From: an uncultured candidatus Porisulfidus sp.
GTDB lineage: Bacteria; Pseudomonadota; Gammaproteobacteria; Poriferisulfidales; Poriferisulfidaceae
NCBI GenBank assembly: GCA_965116025.1
Contig: OZ220480.1
Location: forward strand, 1,024,001 to 1,088,000
Reading direction: 5' to 3'
Length of the DNA stretch: 64,000 nucleotides
The translations under genes were made by a program, and so were the position numbers. Shown piece by piece: positions 18,635-28,092 of the stretch (its first letter is position 1; each line of letters starts with the position of its first letter). The notes under the pieces were generated by a model. It was not told where the DNA came from. It made no database searches and saw only the letters and a program-made list of their open reading frames with translations.

Positions 18635-19275
18635 GGGACTACGCGTGGCGCGTCACTATTGTAGAGAGATTCCGCGGAGTCGGGATCGACGTGCGGCCGC
18701 GCCGCGAATAGGTGGTAGCCGACCTGCCCGGCCTGCCGAGACTTTAGCGGGGTCCAGCGGGTGGGGACCCGCGCGGACCAGTCGGCGGGAGATTCAATGT
18801 AGACGAGGCTGGTTTTCTTCAGGGCCCGAGAGGCCGCGAGATGGGTGCAAACCGTCTCGATCAGGTCGGGGCCGGACGCGAAGGGGGGATCAAGGAACAG
18901 GATATCGACCGGGTCGCGTAGGCGGTCGATGTAGGCTCGCGCCCGGGCGTGAACGACCTCGACTCGCGTAGTGGAGAGGTTTTCCACTTCTTGGCGCAGG
19001 CGCCTAGCGACCTCTCGATCACGATCGACCAGCGTCACGCGCCGGGCGCCGCGCGAGGCGGCCTCGAAACCTAGCGCGCCGCTGCCAGCGTACAAGTCGA
19101 CGCATTCGGCGCTCTCGATGCTTCCGGCCAGCCAGTTGAACAGCGTCTCGCGGACGCGGGCGGGAGTTGGCCGAACCGAAGGAAGGGAAGGGACTTGGAG
19201 ATAACGTCCGCGCCAAGCGCCGGCGATGATGCGAACGCGTCGCGGCGGTCGTCCCCTAGGGCGGGTTTTGGCCAC
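18631..19275 (-). CDS. rsmD: 16S rRNA (guanine966-N2)-methyltransferase
   Basis: VRIIAGAWRGR, RPTPARVRETLFNWL, DLYAGSGALGFEAASRGA, DPPF. Confidence 0.93.
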   Translation of the reverse strand: MAKTRPRGRPPRRVRIIAGAWRGRYLQVPSLPSVRPTPARVRETLFNWLAGSIESAECVDLYAGSGALGFEAASRGARRVTLVDRDREVARRLRQEVENLSTTRVEVVHARARAYIDRLRDPVDILFLDPPFASGPDLIETVCTHLAASRALKKTSLVYIESPADWSARVPTRWTPLKSRQAGQVGYHLFAARPHVDPDSAESLYNSDAPRVVP

Positions 19276-20566
19276 CGACGATCACCGTGATCATGCGGTC
19301 AGGGTCCAGCCGGCTTTGGAAAGCCGAGACGATTCGCTCGTGGCTGATGGCGCCGATGCGGTCCGTCCAGGTATCCAAGTAGTCCAGTGGAAGGCCGTAA
19401 TACCCGATCATCGCTAGGTAGCCGATCATGCTGGCGTTGTCCGCGATTCGCAAAGGAAAGCCCAGAATCATGCTGTCGCGGCTATGCGCGAGCTCTTCCT
19501 CGGTTGGTCCATCGGCCACGAAGCGGCGGATTTCCGCGTAGGCGGCCTCCAGGGCGAGATCGACTTGATCTTTGCGCGTCTGAAATCCCAGCCGGAAAGG
19601 CCCGCTATGCCGCAGGGGAAAGAAGTAGCTGTAGACAGAGTAGGCGAGACCTCGTTCGTTGCGGATTTCCAGCATCAGGCGCGAGGAGAACCCGCCGCCG
19701 CCCAAGGTGTAGTTCCCGAGATACAGAGGAAAGTGGGATGGTTCTCCGCGGGCGACGCCTTGCTGGCCGATTAGGACATGCGCCTGCTCGGACGGATGCG
19801 GAATGGTCACGGTCCGCGATTCGGTAGGCGCGGTGGGCGGGGGCAGCGGCTTCGGGGCCGGGCCGCTGGGCAACGCGCTAGTGACGCGGTTCGCGATATC
19901 TTCGGCCTCGTCCCGGCTGACCGCTCCCACCATCGCCAAGATCGCGCCGCCGGAAGCGAAAAACCTTCGGTAGAACCTCTCGACGTCGGCCCGGGTGATG
20001 GCGGCGAGAGAATCCGCCGTTCCCGCGACGGGCGAGGAGTAGGGGTGTCCCGGGTAAACGGCTTGGTAGAAAGACCGTTTAGCGATCGCGCCGGGGTCCT
20101 CTTCCAGCCTCTTCAGCATGACTTTCATCTGTTGCCGACGGCGCTCCAGTTGCGACTCGGGAAACGTGGGCTGGCCCAGCGCCGTGACGAAGACGTCCAA
20201 GGCTTGATCAAGCCATTCGGGTTCCACCAGGGTTCGCAGGGACACCCGGGAGCGGTCCAGCAGGACCTCGGCGTTGTAGCTGGCTCCGACATCCTCGAAG
20301 CGCTGGGCGATGGCGTCCGCGTCCAAGTTCCCGGCGCCGGTGTTGAGCAAGGAATGCGTGATCTGCGACAGGCCTGGCAACGCGCCGTCGCGACTGTTCC
20401 CGGCGTCCAGCACGAGCTGGATATCCAGCATGGGAATTTGCGGGGCGGCGATGAAGAACACCGGAGTCCCGCTGTCGCTTTCCCAGTGCTGGACGCGTGG
20501 GCCGGATTGCGCTTGCGCGCTGACGGCGAGAGCCAGCAGGAGACTGGCCGAAAAAGCTCGGATCAT
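19256..20566 (-). CDS. M16 family peptidase, non-catalytic subunit
   Basis: Starts MIRAFSASLLLALAVSAQAQ (ATG 20566); LGGGGFSSRLMLEIRNERGLAYSVYS; no HxxEH. The longer ORF-track frame is a shadow extension. Confidence 0.9.
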   Translation of the reverse strand: MIRAFSASLLLALAVSAQAQSGPRVQHWESDSGTPVFFIAAPQIPMLDIQLVLDAGNSRDGALPGLSQITHSLLNTGAGNLDADAIAQRFEDVGASYNAEVLLDRSRVSLRTLVEPEWLDQALDVFVTALGQPTFPESQLERRRQQMKVMLKRLEEDPGAIAKRSFYQAVYPGHPYSSPVAGTADSLAAITRADVERFYRRFFASGGAILAMVGAVSRDEAEDIANRVTSALPSGPAPKPLPPPTAPTESRTVTIPHPSEQAHVLIGQQGVARGEPSHFPLYLGNYTLGGGGFSSRLMLEIRNERGLAYSVYSYFFPLRHSGPFRLGFQTRKDQVDLALEAAYAEIRRFVADGPTEEELAHSRDSMILGFPLRIADNASMIGYLAMIGYYGLPLDYLDTWTDRIGAISHERIVSAFQSRLDPDRMITVIVGGQNPP

Positions 20567-20568
20567 CG

Positions 20569-21927
20569 TCAAGGGGCCGGCGCGCGGGCGACGTTGAGAG
20601 GATGGATGGCGACCGTGGTGCGGGTATTCTCGGTCAGGTAGCGCTGGGCGACCTCCCGCACCTGGGCGGCGGTGACCGCCTGATAGCCGGCGATCAGCTT
20701 CCGCTCGGTCTCCCAGCCGAGGCCGTTCGTTTCGAGCATTCCGATCATGTACGCGCGATGCCGGAGGGAATCTTGGGCGTAAACCATGTGGGCGATCACT
20801 TGGGCGCGTGCGCGCCGCAATTCCGCCTCGGTGACGGGCCGCTCCCGCAGTTCGGCGATTTCCGCGAGCAAGGCCCGCTTCATCCCCTCCGCCGTATGCC
20901 CCGGGCTGGGCGTCGCGTCCAGGACGAGCAGGCTGTCGAGAGCGCTGTACAGAGAATAGGAGGCGCTGGCGCCGGCCGCGATTCTCTGGTCGCGGACCAG
21001 GCGCTTGGGCAGGCGCGCGGCGTTGCCGCCGTCCAGAATGGAGGTCAGCATGGACAGCGCGTAGGCTTCCCAGCGCTGCTTCTCGGGCAGGCGCGCCAAG
21101 GCGGGGACCTTGTAGCCGATGAGCAGGCGCTCGGTTTGGGCGGGAATGTTCAGGACGACATCGCGCGGACCTCGTTGCGCTGGTTCCCGGCGCTTTGGCG
21201 CGGGAGCGACCTCGCGCTTCGGGATGGAGCCGAAGCGCTTCTCGGCCATCTCGAAGATTCGCTCCGGATCGACATCGCCGACCACCACTAGGCGCGCGTT
21301 GCCGGGCGCGTACCAGCGTTGGTGCCAGTCGCGTATCCGTTTCTGGTCCAGTTGCGCTATGTCGTCCATCCAACCGATCACGGGTTGCCCGTACGGATGG
21401 TTCTGGAACGCGGTCGCTTGCAGTTGCTCGAAAGCGTACGCGTCAGGCTGATCCTCGGTGCGCAGGCGGCGCTCCTCTTTCACGACCTCCAATTCTTTCT
21501 GGAGATCCGATTCGTTAAGAAGCGGGCTCTGCATGCGGTCGGCCTCCATCTCCATCGCGACCTCAAGCTGATCGCGCCCGAGGATCTGGTAGTACGCCGT
21601 GTAGTCGCGACCGGTAAAGGCGTTGTCGCGCCCGCCGAGAGAGGCGATGGTGTGGCTGAAAGCTTCGCCGGGATAGCGCTCGGTGCCCCGGAACATCATA
21701 TGCTCGAGCGCGTGGCTGATGCCCGTTTGTCCCGGAGACTCATGGGCGGATCCTACTCCGTACCAGAGTTGCTGGACGGCCACCGGAGCCCGCGCGTCAG
21801 GCTGAACAAGCACTTTCAGGCCATTGTCTAGGGTGTGGCTGAACACGGTGGACGGCTCCGCTGCCCCCGCGCCAGGCAGCGTGAGGGTCGCTAGGAGAAG
21901 CGGAAAGGAAAATCGCCGGACCATCAT
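20569..21927 (-). CDS. M16 family zinc peptidase, catalytic subunit
   Basis: Signal peptide, TLDNGL, SHALEHMMF (HxxEH), NAFT, EERR, HPYGQPVIG. Confidence 0.93.
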   Translation of the reverse strand: MMVRRFSFPLLLATLTLPGAGAAEPSTVFSHTLDNGLKVLVQPDARAPVAVQQLWYGVGSAHESPGQTGISHALEHMMFRGTERYPGEAFSHTIASLGGRDNAFTGRDYTAYYQILGRDQLEVAMEMEADRMQSPLLNESDLQKELEVVKEERRLRTEDQPDAYAFEQLQATAFQNHPYGQPVIGWMDDIAQLDQKRIRDWHQRWYAPGNARLVVVGDVDPERIFEMAEKRFGSIPKREVAPAPKRREPAQRGPRDVVLNIPAQTERLLIGYKVPALARLPEKQRWEAYALSMLTSILDGGNAARLPKRLVRDQRIAAGASASYSLYSALDSLLVLDATPSPGHTAEGMKRALLAEIAELRERPVTEAELRRARAQVIAHMVYAQDSLRHRAYMIGMLETNGLGWETERKLIAGYQAVTAAQVREVAQRYLTENTRTTVAIHPLNVARAPAP

Positions 21928-21948
21928 CGCGGAGTATTATAGGAGCGC

Positions 21949-22983
21949 TTGCGCATGATCGGAGAAATACGTGAAACAGTCAAAGGGATTCTCGATATGA
22001 CCGGGCGAGTCGCCGCCGTCGCTGAAGCTCGCGCCGAGCGTAGGCCAGTCGCCGCGCCGAAAAAATCCTTTTCGTCATTCGACAGAATCGTTACCGGCGA
22101 TTCGAGAAAGGTGTTAGCCACTTTGCCTGAAGAAAGCGTGGACTTAAGCTTCTGGTCCCCACCCTACTGTGTAGGGAAATCCTACGAGAAGCACTTAAGC
22201 TTTCCCGGTTGGCGAAATCTTGTTCGCGAGGTGGTTCATCAACACAAGAGGATTTTGCGGGTGGGCGGGTTTCTCGCCGTCAACATCGCCGACATTTTGT
22301 GTTTCCCCGACGCTGATATGCCCAGATTCCAGGCCAACAACGTCAATGGCAAAAAAAGTGGCGTGACGAAAGCGCAGATATTGAAAGTCCTTGAGGATCG
22401 GCCTTACGCGAGCCGCCAGGAATTGGCCAAGGTTTTCGGATGCTCGGAGCAAACCATCCAGCGTCGCGTTGAAAACAATAACGCGCGTGGCGGGAAGCGG
22501 GAGCCGGCGACCAAGGTGTTGCTGACCGGAAGCATGGTCGCCGAGTGGGCCGAGCGGGCGGGATTGTATCTGTACGATCAAAGGATATGGCATAAGGATC
22601 CCTGCTGGACGAACTGCAGGTGGCACTCCAATTCGTATCGCGCCATTGACGAGTTTGAGCACGTATACGTCTTCTGGAAACCGGGAGTCGTCGAATATGA
22701 GCGCGACCGATTAACCGATCAGGAATGGTCGGAATGGGGATCCAGAGGAGTTTGGAGGATCGCGTCGGTTCGCCGAAATGATCGGCATGAGGCGGAGTTC
22801 CCAGAAAAACTGGCGGAACGAGTCATAAGGCTGTTCTCCCCCAAGGGTGGCATCGTCATAGACCCGTTCGTCGGAACTGGAACGACGACCGCGGTGGCGA
22901 AGAAACTTGGCCGCGGATGGTTGGGTATTGACGCGCAGGCGGAATACGCGCGGATCGCGAGGCGGCGAACGAATGTCGCATGA
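21949..22983 (+). CDS. N4-cytosine/N6-adenine DNA methyltransferase (beta class) with an internal HTH
   Basis: SPPY catalytic motif precedes HEAEFP...DPFVGTGTT; internal RQELAKVFGCSEQTIQRR HTH; start uncertain. Confidence 0.88.
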   Translation: MRMIGEIRETVKGILDMTGRVAAVAEARAERRPVAAPKKSFSSFDRIVTGDSRKVLATLPEESVDLSFWSPPYCVGKSYEKHLSFPGWRNLVREVVHQHKRILRVGGFLAVNIADILCFPDADMPRFQANNVNGKKSGVTKAQILKVLEDRPYASRQELAKVFGCSEQTIQRRVENNNARGGKREPATKVLLTGSMVAEWAERAGLYLYDQRIWHKDPCWTNCRWHSNSYRAIDEFEHVYVFWKPGVVEYERDRLTDQEWSEWGSRGVWRIASVRRNDRHEAEFPEKLAERVIRLFSPKGGIVIDPFVGTGTTTAVAKKLGRGWLGIDAQAEYARIARRRTNVA

Positions 22984-23638
22984 GAATATCGAGCGGTTGG
23001 AGCGGGCCGTGCTGGCTTTGGTCGTCCAGGCCTTGACCGATTACCGGCGGAATGCCGCGACGATCTTTCGGGAAGAGACCGATCAGCCGCAGGACATAGC
23101 CGAAGACATCACGCGCGAGGCGATCGAGTCGATGGGCGTCTCCGGGGTCCGTGATCGGCTTTACGGAAAAGCGGATATCAAGAAAGCCATCTATGTCTTT
23201 CTTCCCGAGCCGGTTGAAGTGGCCTTGATGCTTGACGCCAAAGCGGAAAAACAGAATGGTGACAGCACCGCGACGATACAAATGTCTCAAACATCGATGC
23301 GCGTGAAAATGATGCGGGTGGGTGAAGCGGTCGACGAGCGAGGGAAGCTCGAAAAGGTGATTCGGCGGGATGGTCGCGCGTATCAGGTGGTCACCATCAT
23401 CGTGAAATACGTGTACGAAGAGGTTGGAGAAGGGCAACGACTTCGCCGGATGATCGCCGCATGCATGCCCAACGGGGCTCTGCAGGACGAATATAATCCG
23501 ACTCCCGAGGACACGATTTGGCTTGCCGGGCGGAACGCGCCCACTCTTGGAGAGGGTTTCAGGGCGCGGCTGAGCTATGAGAAGCTTCGAGACAAGGCGG
23601 CATGGCGTGTGCGGGAGATTGATCTGGCAAGATCATGA
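22973..23638 (+). CDS. SfiI-family type II restriction endonuclease
   Basis: IERLE...VQAL..Y, IAEDIT, RLYGKADIKK, MLDAKA, YNP, AGRNAP..GE, WR; these match remembered SfiI-family blocks. Overlaps the MTase stop. Confidence 0.75.
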   Translation: MSHENIERLERAVLALVVQALTDYRRNAATIFREETDQPQDIAEDITREAIESMGVSGVRDRLYGKADIKKAIYVFLPEPVEVALMLDAKAEKQNGDSTATIQMSQTSMRVKMMRVGEAVDERGKLEKVIRRDGRAYQVVTIIVKYVYEEVGEGQRLRRMIAACMPNGALQDEYNPTPEDTIWLAGRNAPTLGEGFRARLSYEKLRDKAAWRVREIDLARS

Positions 23639-23912
23639 AATAGCGGGAGGGTGGACGTTTGACCCAAGGGCTGAATGTCAGAGGAAGTCCCCAAGGAATC
23701 CTCTGGCGGGGTTAATCAGAAGAGCTTCTTGGCCAGCTTCTCTCCGCAAGATATCAATCGAACATGTTCCTTCTTTCCATGGAATCTGATCATGCTCGAC
23801 CGGTTCCTCAGCTTCTTCCGTTCATGCTTGGGCACGCTTCCAGAAACTGCGATTGGTCGGAATTTCCCGCCAATTCTAAGCAAAGCGGAATCGGCTTTCG
23901 GATTGATCGAGA

Positions 23913-24428
23913 TCAACGTCCGATGTCAGGCTGTCTGAACGTGCCTTTGCTACGCTCCGCCGTGTGATCACGGATGGCATCGGCGATGGGTGCTAAATTA
24001 GCTGGACCGGAAAATGTGCCGTCATCCAGCAATTCGGTAATTTCATCCGCATCCATGTCCGCGAGCCGCTTGAATACGCGGGGGATAGAATTCGCGCGCC
24101 CGCTCGACTTGACCAACTCGACATTATGGATACTGCAAAACTCCCGAATGTCTCCAATGCTAGGAAGGAACGCTTTTTTGTCGAAATATTGCGCTGCTCG
24201 GTTCATGGCCTTCGCGTTGCCCGAGGAAAGCTTCATTCTGCGGACGTAATCGACAGCGGAGAGCGTACTGCTCGTACCGTGCGTGCGCCGTGGAGTCGTT
24301 GCGGTAGATTCCTTTACTTCTGGAATGCTAGCGAGGCCACGCAACACCGACCTCATACCATAACGACGTACCAACGTCTCTAATGTTTCGGTTAGTCCAT
24401 GTTGCGGGATCGGAGTTTTATCAGACAT
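23913..24428 (-). CDS. hypothetical protein (171 aa) directly downstream of ParA
   Basis: ATG 24428 lies 1 nt after the ParA stop; no recognisable family. Confidence 0.6.
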   Translation of the reverse strand: MSDKTPIPQHGLTETLETLVRRYGMRSVLRGLASIPEVKESTATTPRRTHGTSSTLSAVDYVRRMKLSSGNAKAMNRAAQYFDKKAFLPSIGDIREFCSIHNVELVKSSGRANSIPRVFKRLADMDADEITELLDDGTFSGPANLAPIADAIRDHTAERSKGTFRQPDIGR

Positions 24429-24429
24429 T

Positions 24430-25299
24430 TCAATGTGGCTCCATCTCCAAGAGCTCAAAAAACTCCTGGGCAAATAGATCGAATTGGTCTGCATTACCAA
24501 GCGAACTGCTTCTGTCTCCTCTCATTAATTTTGGAAAGCCTCTTGAATGAGGAATTTCTTTTTGAAAAATATGCCAGTCGTTCTTGTTCGCTTCTTTAAT
24601 TATCTCGGACATAGCGTGTTGTTTTTCTGGTCCGCCGTCATTTCCTCCGTCATAGAATCCATTATTGATGACAATACCTATAATCTCAATACGATGAGAG
24701 GGGTTTTCGCTCTGAAATGTATTTAGCGATTTCGCAAGCATCGGAAATCCGATGGTAGCGAAATACTCGGGCCGCACAGGAATCAAGACATAGCGAGACG
24801 CATGGTATGCCGCACGAGTGAAAACCGATTCAGTGGGGGGGCAATCGATTAAGACGATATCTTTTTCTTGGAAATGCTCTGTAATGTATCGTGCGAGAAC
24901 CTTTGGATCTGGTTTCAATGCTCGAACTAGATTGTCGGAAAAGTCGAATCTAGAAGGGATATAGGAAAGCGTCTTCTTTGGTTGTGTTTTCTGGACCGTG
25001 TCGGCAGGATCAAGCGGAGCGGGTGATTTTCGCTTTCCAGTAGGAGGGCGGTAGCCATTGAAAATCTCTACGATGGATGGCTGCTCACTTTTGAGAAATC
25101 GCGCATAGGCATCACCCATGTACGCTTGGCTCAGGTTCGCTTGCGGATCCAAATCGACAGCCAAGACGCGCTGGGATTTGCGAGCCGCATATCGTCCTAA
25201 AAGCGCGGTGATTGTTGTCTTTCCGACACCACCTTTCATGTTGATCACTGACACGCATACGGGTCCGCGTTCGGTAGCCACTGTTCGGTCTCCTGCCAA
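24430..25299 (-). CDS. ParA/Soj family ATPase
   Basis: NMKGGVGKTT deviant Walker A, DLDPQANLS, IDCPP; AT-rich. Confidence 0.88.
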   Translation of the reverse strand: MAGDRTVATERGPVCVSVINMKGGVGKTTITALLGRYAARKSQRVLAVDLDPQANLSQAYMGDAYARFLKSEQPSIVEIFNGYRPPTGKRKSPAPLDPADTVQKTQPKKTLSYIPSRFDFSDNLVRALKPDPKVLARYITEHFQEKDIVLIDCPPTESVFTRAAYHASRYVLIPVRPEYFATIGFPMLAKSLNTFQSENPSHRIEIIGIVINNGFYDGGNDGGPEKQHAMSEIIKEANKNDWHIFQKEIPHSRGFPKLMRGDRSSSLGNADQFDLFAQEFFELLEMEPH

Positions 25300-25499
25300 A
25301 TCGATTCTAGCGTGAACTCGGATTATACTGGACGATCAGGATGATCCTTCTATCCAAGGTCCAATAGGCTCGAGTACCTTATTTTGACCATGCACGCGCG
25401 AGTTTCAGGCGAGAAGGAAGACTGGAAAGTTTGGCGAAATTATTCTAGAATAGGAGGGTCGAGGACGGACGAGACGTTCCGCCTTGGGAGGAGGATGAT

Positions 25500-26351
25500 A
25501 TGTCGCAAGAAGTTTTGGAACGCATGCCGAATCTGCCGGTCGCGGCGGGCAGTTTCGACCAGTATGTTCAGCTGGCCTACAGCCTGCCGGTCTTGAGCGC
25601 TGAAGAGGAGCGCGCGTTGGCGCTGAGCCTGCGAGAGGATGGAGACGTGGAGGCGGCCCGCAAGCTGGTGCTGCACAATCTCCGCTTCGTGATCCATGTG
25701 GCCCGCGGCTATTCCGGCTACGGCCTGCCGCTGGCCGATCTGGTCCAGGAAGGAAGCATTGGCCTGATGAAGGCGGTGAAGCGATTCGATCCCGCGGTCG
25801 GGGTGCGGCTGGTGTCTTTCGCCGTGCACTGGATTCGCGCCGAGATTCATGAATATGTTCTGCGCAACTGGCGCATCGTCAAGATGGCCACGACCAAGGC
25901 GCAGCGGAAACTGTTCTTCAACCTGCGCAAGGCGAAGAAACGTCTGGGCTGGCTGAACGAGGCGGAGGTCAGCGCGGTGGCGAGCGACCTTGGCGTGACC
26001 GCCCATGAAGTGCGGGATATGGAATCCCGTCTCCACCAGCCGGACATGTCGCTCGAGTTGGAATCCGACGACGAGGAGGCTCCGCGATCTCCGATCGCCT
26101 ACTTGTCGGCTCCGGGCGCCGACCCCGCGCCGCGAGAGGAAGCGCGGGATTACGCGCGGGTCCGTGGTGACCGATTAAGAGAGGCTTTGGCTTCTCTGGA
26201 TGAGCGTAGCCGATTGATCGTGCAGCGGCGTTGGCTCGCGGAGCCGAAGCAGACCCTGCATGATCTCGCGGAAGAGTTTGGCGTGTCGGGCGAGCGAATC
26301 CGGCAGATCGAGGCCGCCGCCATGAAGAAGCTGCGCGGCGCGCTGGCCTAG
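25500..26351 (+). CDS. rpoH: RNA polymerase sigma-32 factor
   Basis: [18 protein letters not shown], RpoH box [20 protein letters not shown]. Confidence 0.96.
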   Translation: MSQEVLERMPNLPVAAGSFDQYVQLAYSLPVLSAEEERALALSLREDGDVEAARKLVLHNLRFVIHVARGYSGYGLPLADLVQEGSIGLMKAVKRFDPAVGVRLVSFAVHWIRAEIHEYVLRNWRIVKMATTKAQRKLFFNLRKAKKRLGWLNEAEVSAVASDLGVTAHEVRDMESRLHQPDMSLELESDDEEAPRSPIAYLSAPGADPAPREEARDYARVRGDRLREALASLDERSRLIVQRRWLAEPKQTLHDLAEEFGVSGERIRQIEAAAMKKLRGALA

Positions 26352-26392
26352 CTGAGCTTCATCAAGAAGCCCGGAGTCGAGGACTCCCGGCC

Positions 26393-27676
26393 TCAAAGCA
26401 GTTTCGAGACGCCCGCTTGAATGGCGCGGGTCAGCCGTAGCAGTTCTGCCTCCCGAATGATGAATGGCGGCATCAGGTACACGAAATTCTGAAACGGACG
26501 CAACCAGACCTCGTGTCGTAAGGCCAGGTCCCGCCAAGCCGGGACGTCCACCGGTTCGGAAGTCTCCACCACCGCGAACGCGCCGAGCGCGCGAACCCTA
26601 GTCACGCCGCTCTCCAATTCGAGTGGCGACAATTCCCGGCGCAGGATTTCCTCAATCGCCGCCACCTCGGCTTTCCAGTTTCCCGATTCCAGAAGGTTCA
26701 GGCTGGCGAGGGCCGCCTGACAGGCGGTCGGGTTCGCCATGAACGTAGGTCCGTGCGGGAACGGTCCGGCCTCGCTGATGACGCGGGCGATCTCGTCGCG
26801 AACCAATGTGGCGGCCAGACTCAGCATGCCGCCCGTCAAAGCCTTGCCGACGCACATGATGTCCGGGACGACCTCCGCGCGCTCGCACGCGAACATGGTT
26901 CCGGTCCTCCCGAATCCGGTGGCGATCTCGTCGGCGATCAAGAGCGTTTCATGCCGAGCGCATGAGGCGGCGACCGATTCCAGGAACTCGGGAGCGTAGT
27001 GATGAAAACCCCCAGCGCCTTGGAGAATGGGTTCTAGCACGACTCCGGCGATCTCCCGCCGATGGGTCGCGAGGTCGGATTCGAACCGCGCGCGGGCGAC
27101 CTCCTGCTCGGTCTCGCCGCTACTCGCGTCCGGGGGTCTTGGCGTGAAGCGTTGCCGCGGGAGCAGGCCGCGGAAGCGATCATGCAGGCTGTTGTCCGGG
27201 TCGCTGACCGACATGGCGGCGAAGGTGTCTCCATGGTAGCCTCCGCGCAGGGAGAGAAAGCGGCGCTTTCGTGGGATTCCGCGCGCTTGCCAATATTGCG
27301 TGGCTAGTTTCAGGGCGACCTCGACTGAAACGGATCCGGAGTCGCAAAAGAACGCTCGGTTGAGGTCGCCCGGGGAAATTCGTGCTAGCCGCTCCGCCAG
27401 TTTCGCGGCGGGCTCGTGGGTCAGTCCCCCGAACATGACATGCGGGAGGACCTCGACCTGTTGGCGGACGGCCCGCGTCATTTTCGGATGCCGATAGCCG
27501 TGTATGGCGCACCACCAGGACGCCATGCCGTCGATCAGTCGCCGCCCGTCGGCCAGAATCAGGCGAACGCCCTCTCCGCCGACGACCGGGAGCGCCGGAA
27601 GGAGGTCAGGGGCGGTCGCGTACGGATGCCACAGGTGGCGCGAGTCCAGGGAGGCCCATGCGGGCGCGTCGCCCAT
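26393..27676 (-). CDS. bioA: adenosylmethionine-8-amino-7-oxononanoate aminotransferase
   Basis: LWHPY, DGMASWWCAIHG, DSGSVSVEVALK, YHGDT, DEIATGFGRTG, GKALTGG. Confidence 0.95.
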   Translation of the reverse strand: MGDAPAWASLDSRHLWHPYATAPDLLPALPVVGGEGVRLILADGRRLIDGMASWWCAIHGYRHPKMTRAVRQQVEVLPHVMFGGLTHEPAAKLAERLARISPGDLNRAFFCDSGSVSVEVALKLATQYWQARGIPRKRRFLSLRGGYHGDTFAAMSVSDPDNSLHDRFRGLLPRQRFTPRPPDASSGETEQEVARARFESDLATHRREIAGVVLEPILQGAGGFHHYAPEFLESVAASCARHETLLIADEIATGFGRTGTMFACERAEVVPDIMCVGKALTGGMLSLAATLVRDEIARVISEAGPFPHGPTFMANPTACQAALASLNLLESGNWKAEVAAIEEILRRELSPLELESGVTRVRALGAFAVVETSEPVDVPAWRDLALRHEVWLRPFQNFVYLMPPFIIREAELLRLTRAIQAGVSKLL

Positions 27677-28092
27677 CAGCTTCTCATCAATTCCAGATCG
27701 TAGGTGATCTCAGCCGTCTCTCCGAGCATCAGGGAAGCGGAGCAGTACTTAGTGACCGAGAGGTGGACCGCCCGGCGCACCTGCGCTTCCGACAAGCCGT
27801 CTCCAAAGGCCCGGTAGAGCACATGGATGCGGGTGAAGACCTGCGGAACGTCCTCCGCCCGATCAGCCTCGATTTCCAGTTCCAGCCGGTCCAGCGGCTG
27901 GCGGGCTCGTTCCAGCATTCGCACGATATCGAAAGCGCTGCATCCGCCCATCCCAAGCAGCAGCATCTCCATCGGGCGCGCGGCGAGGTCGCGGCCGCCA
28001 TGCTCTGGCGCGCCATCCATCACGACCGTATGCCCGCTACCGGATTCGCCGACGAAGGTGCGGTGCTCTTGCCAAGTGACCCGGGCTTTCAT
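27676..28092 (-). CDS. OsmC/YhfA family protein
   Basis: RPMEMLLLGMGGCSAFD, KYCSAS. Confidence 0.9.
   Translation of the reverse strand: MKARVTWQEHRTFVGESGSGHTVVMDGAPEHGGRDLAARPMEMLLLGMGGCSAFDIVRMLERARQPLDRLELEIEADRAEDVPQVFTRIHVLYRAFGDGLSEAQVRRAVHLSVTKYCSASLMLGETAEITYDLELMRS

Noticed and set aside
20567-21373. 705-aa ORF suggesting a long N-terminal extension of the second M16 subunit
   Set aside because: Shadow frame over the catalytic M16 gene; the signal peptide begins at ATG 20566.
23716-23916. 66-aa ORF downstream of the ParA partner
   Set aside because: No recognisable motif or convincing start context; could be a remnant but cannot be supported.
26369-26391. Hairpin between convergent rpoH and bioA as a terminator
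   Set aside because: Imperfect stem with no U-tract on either side; insufficient evidence.
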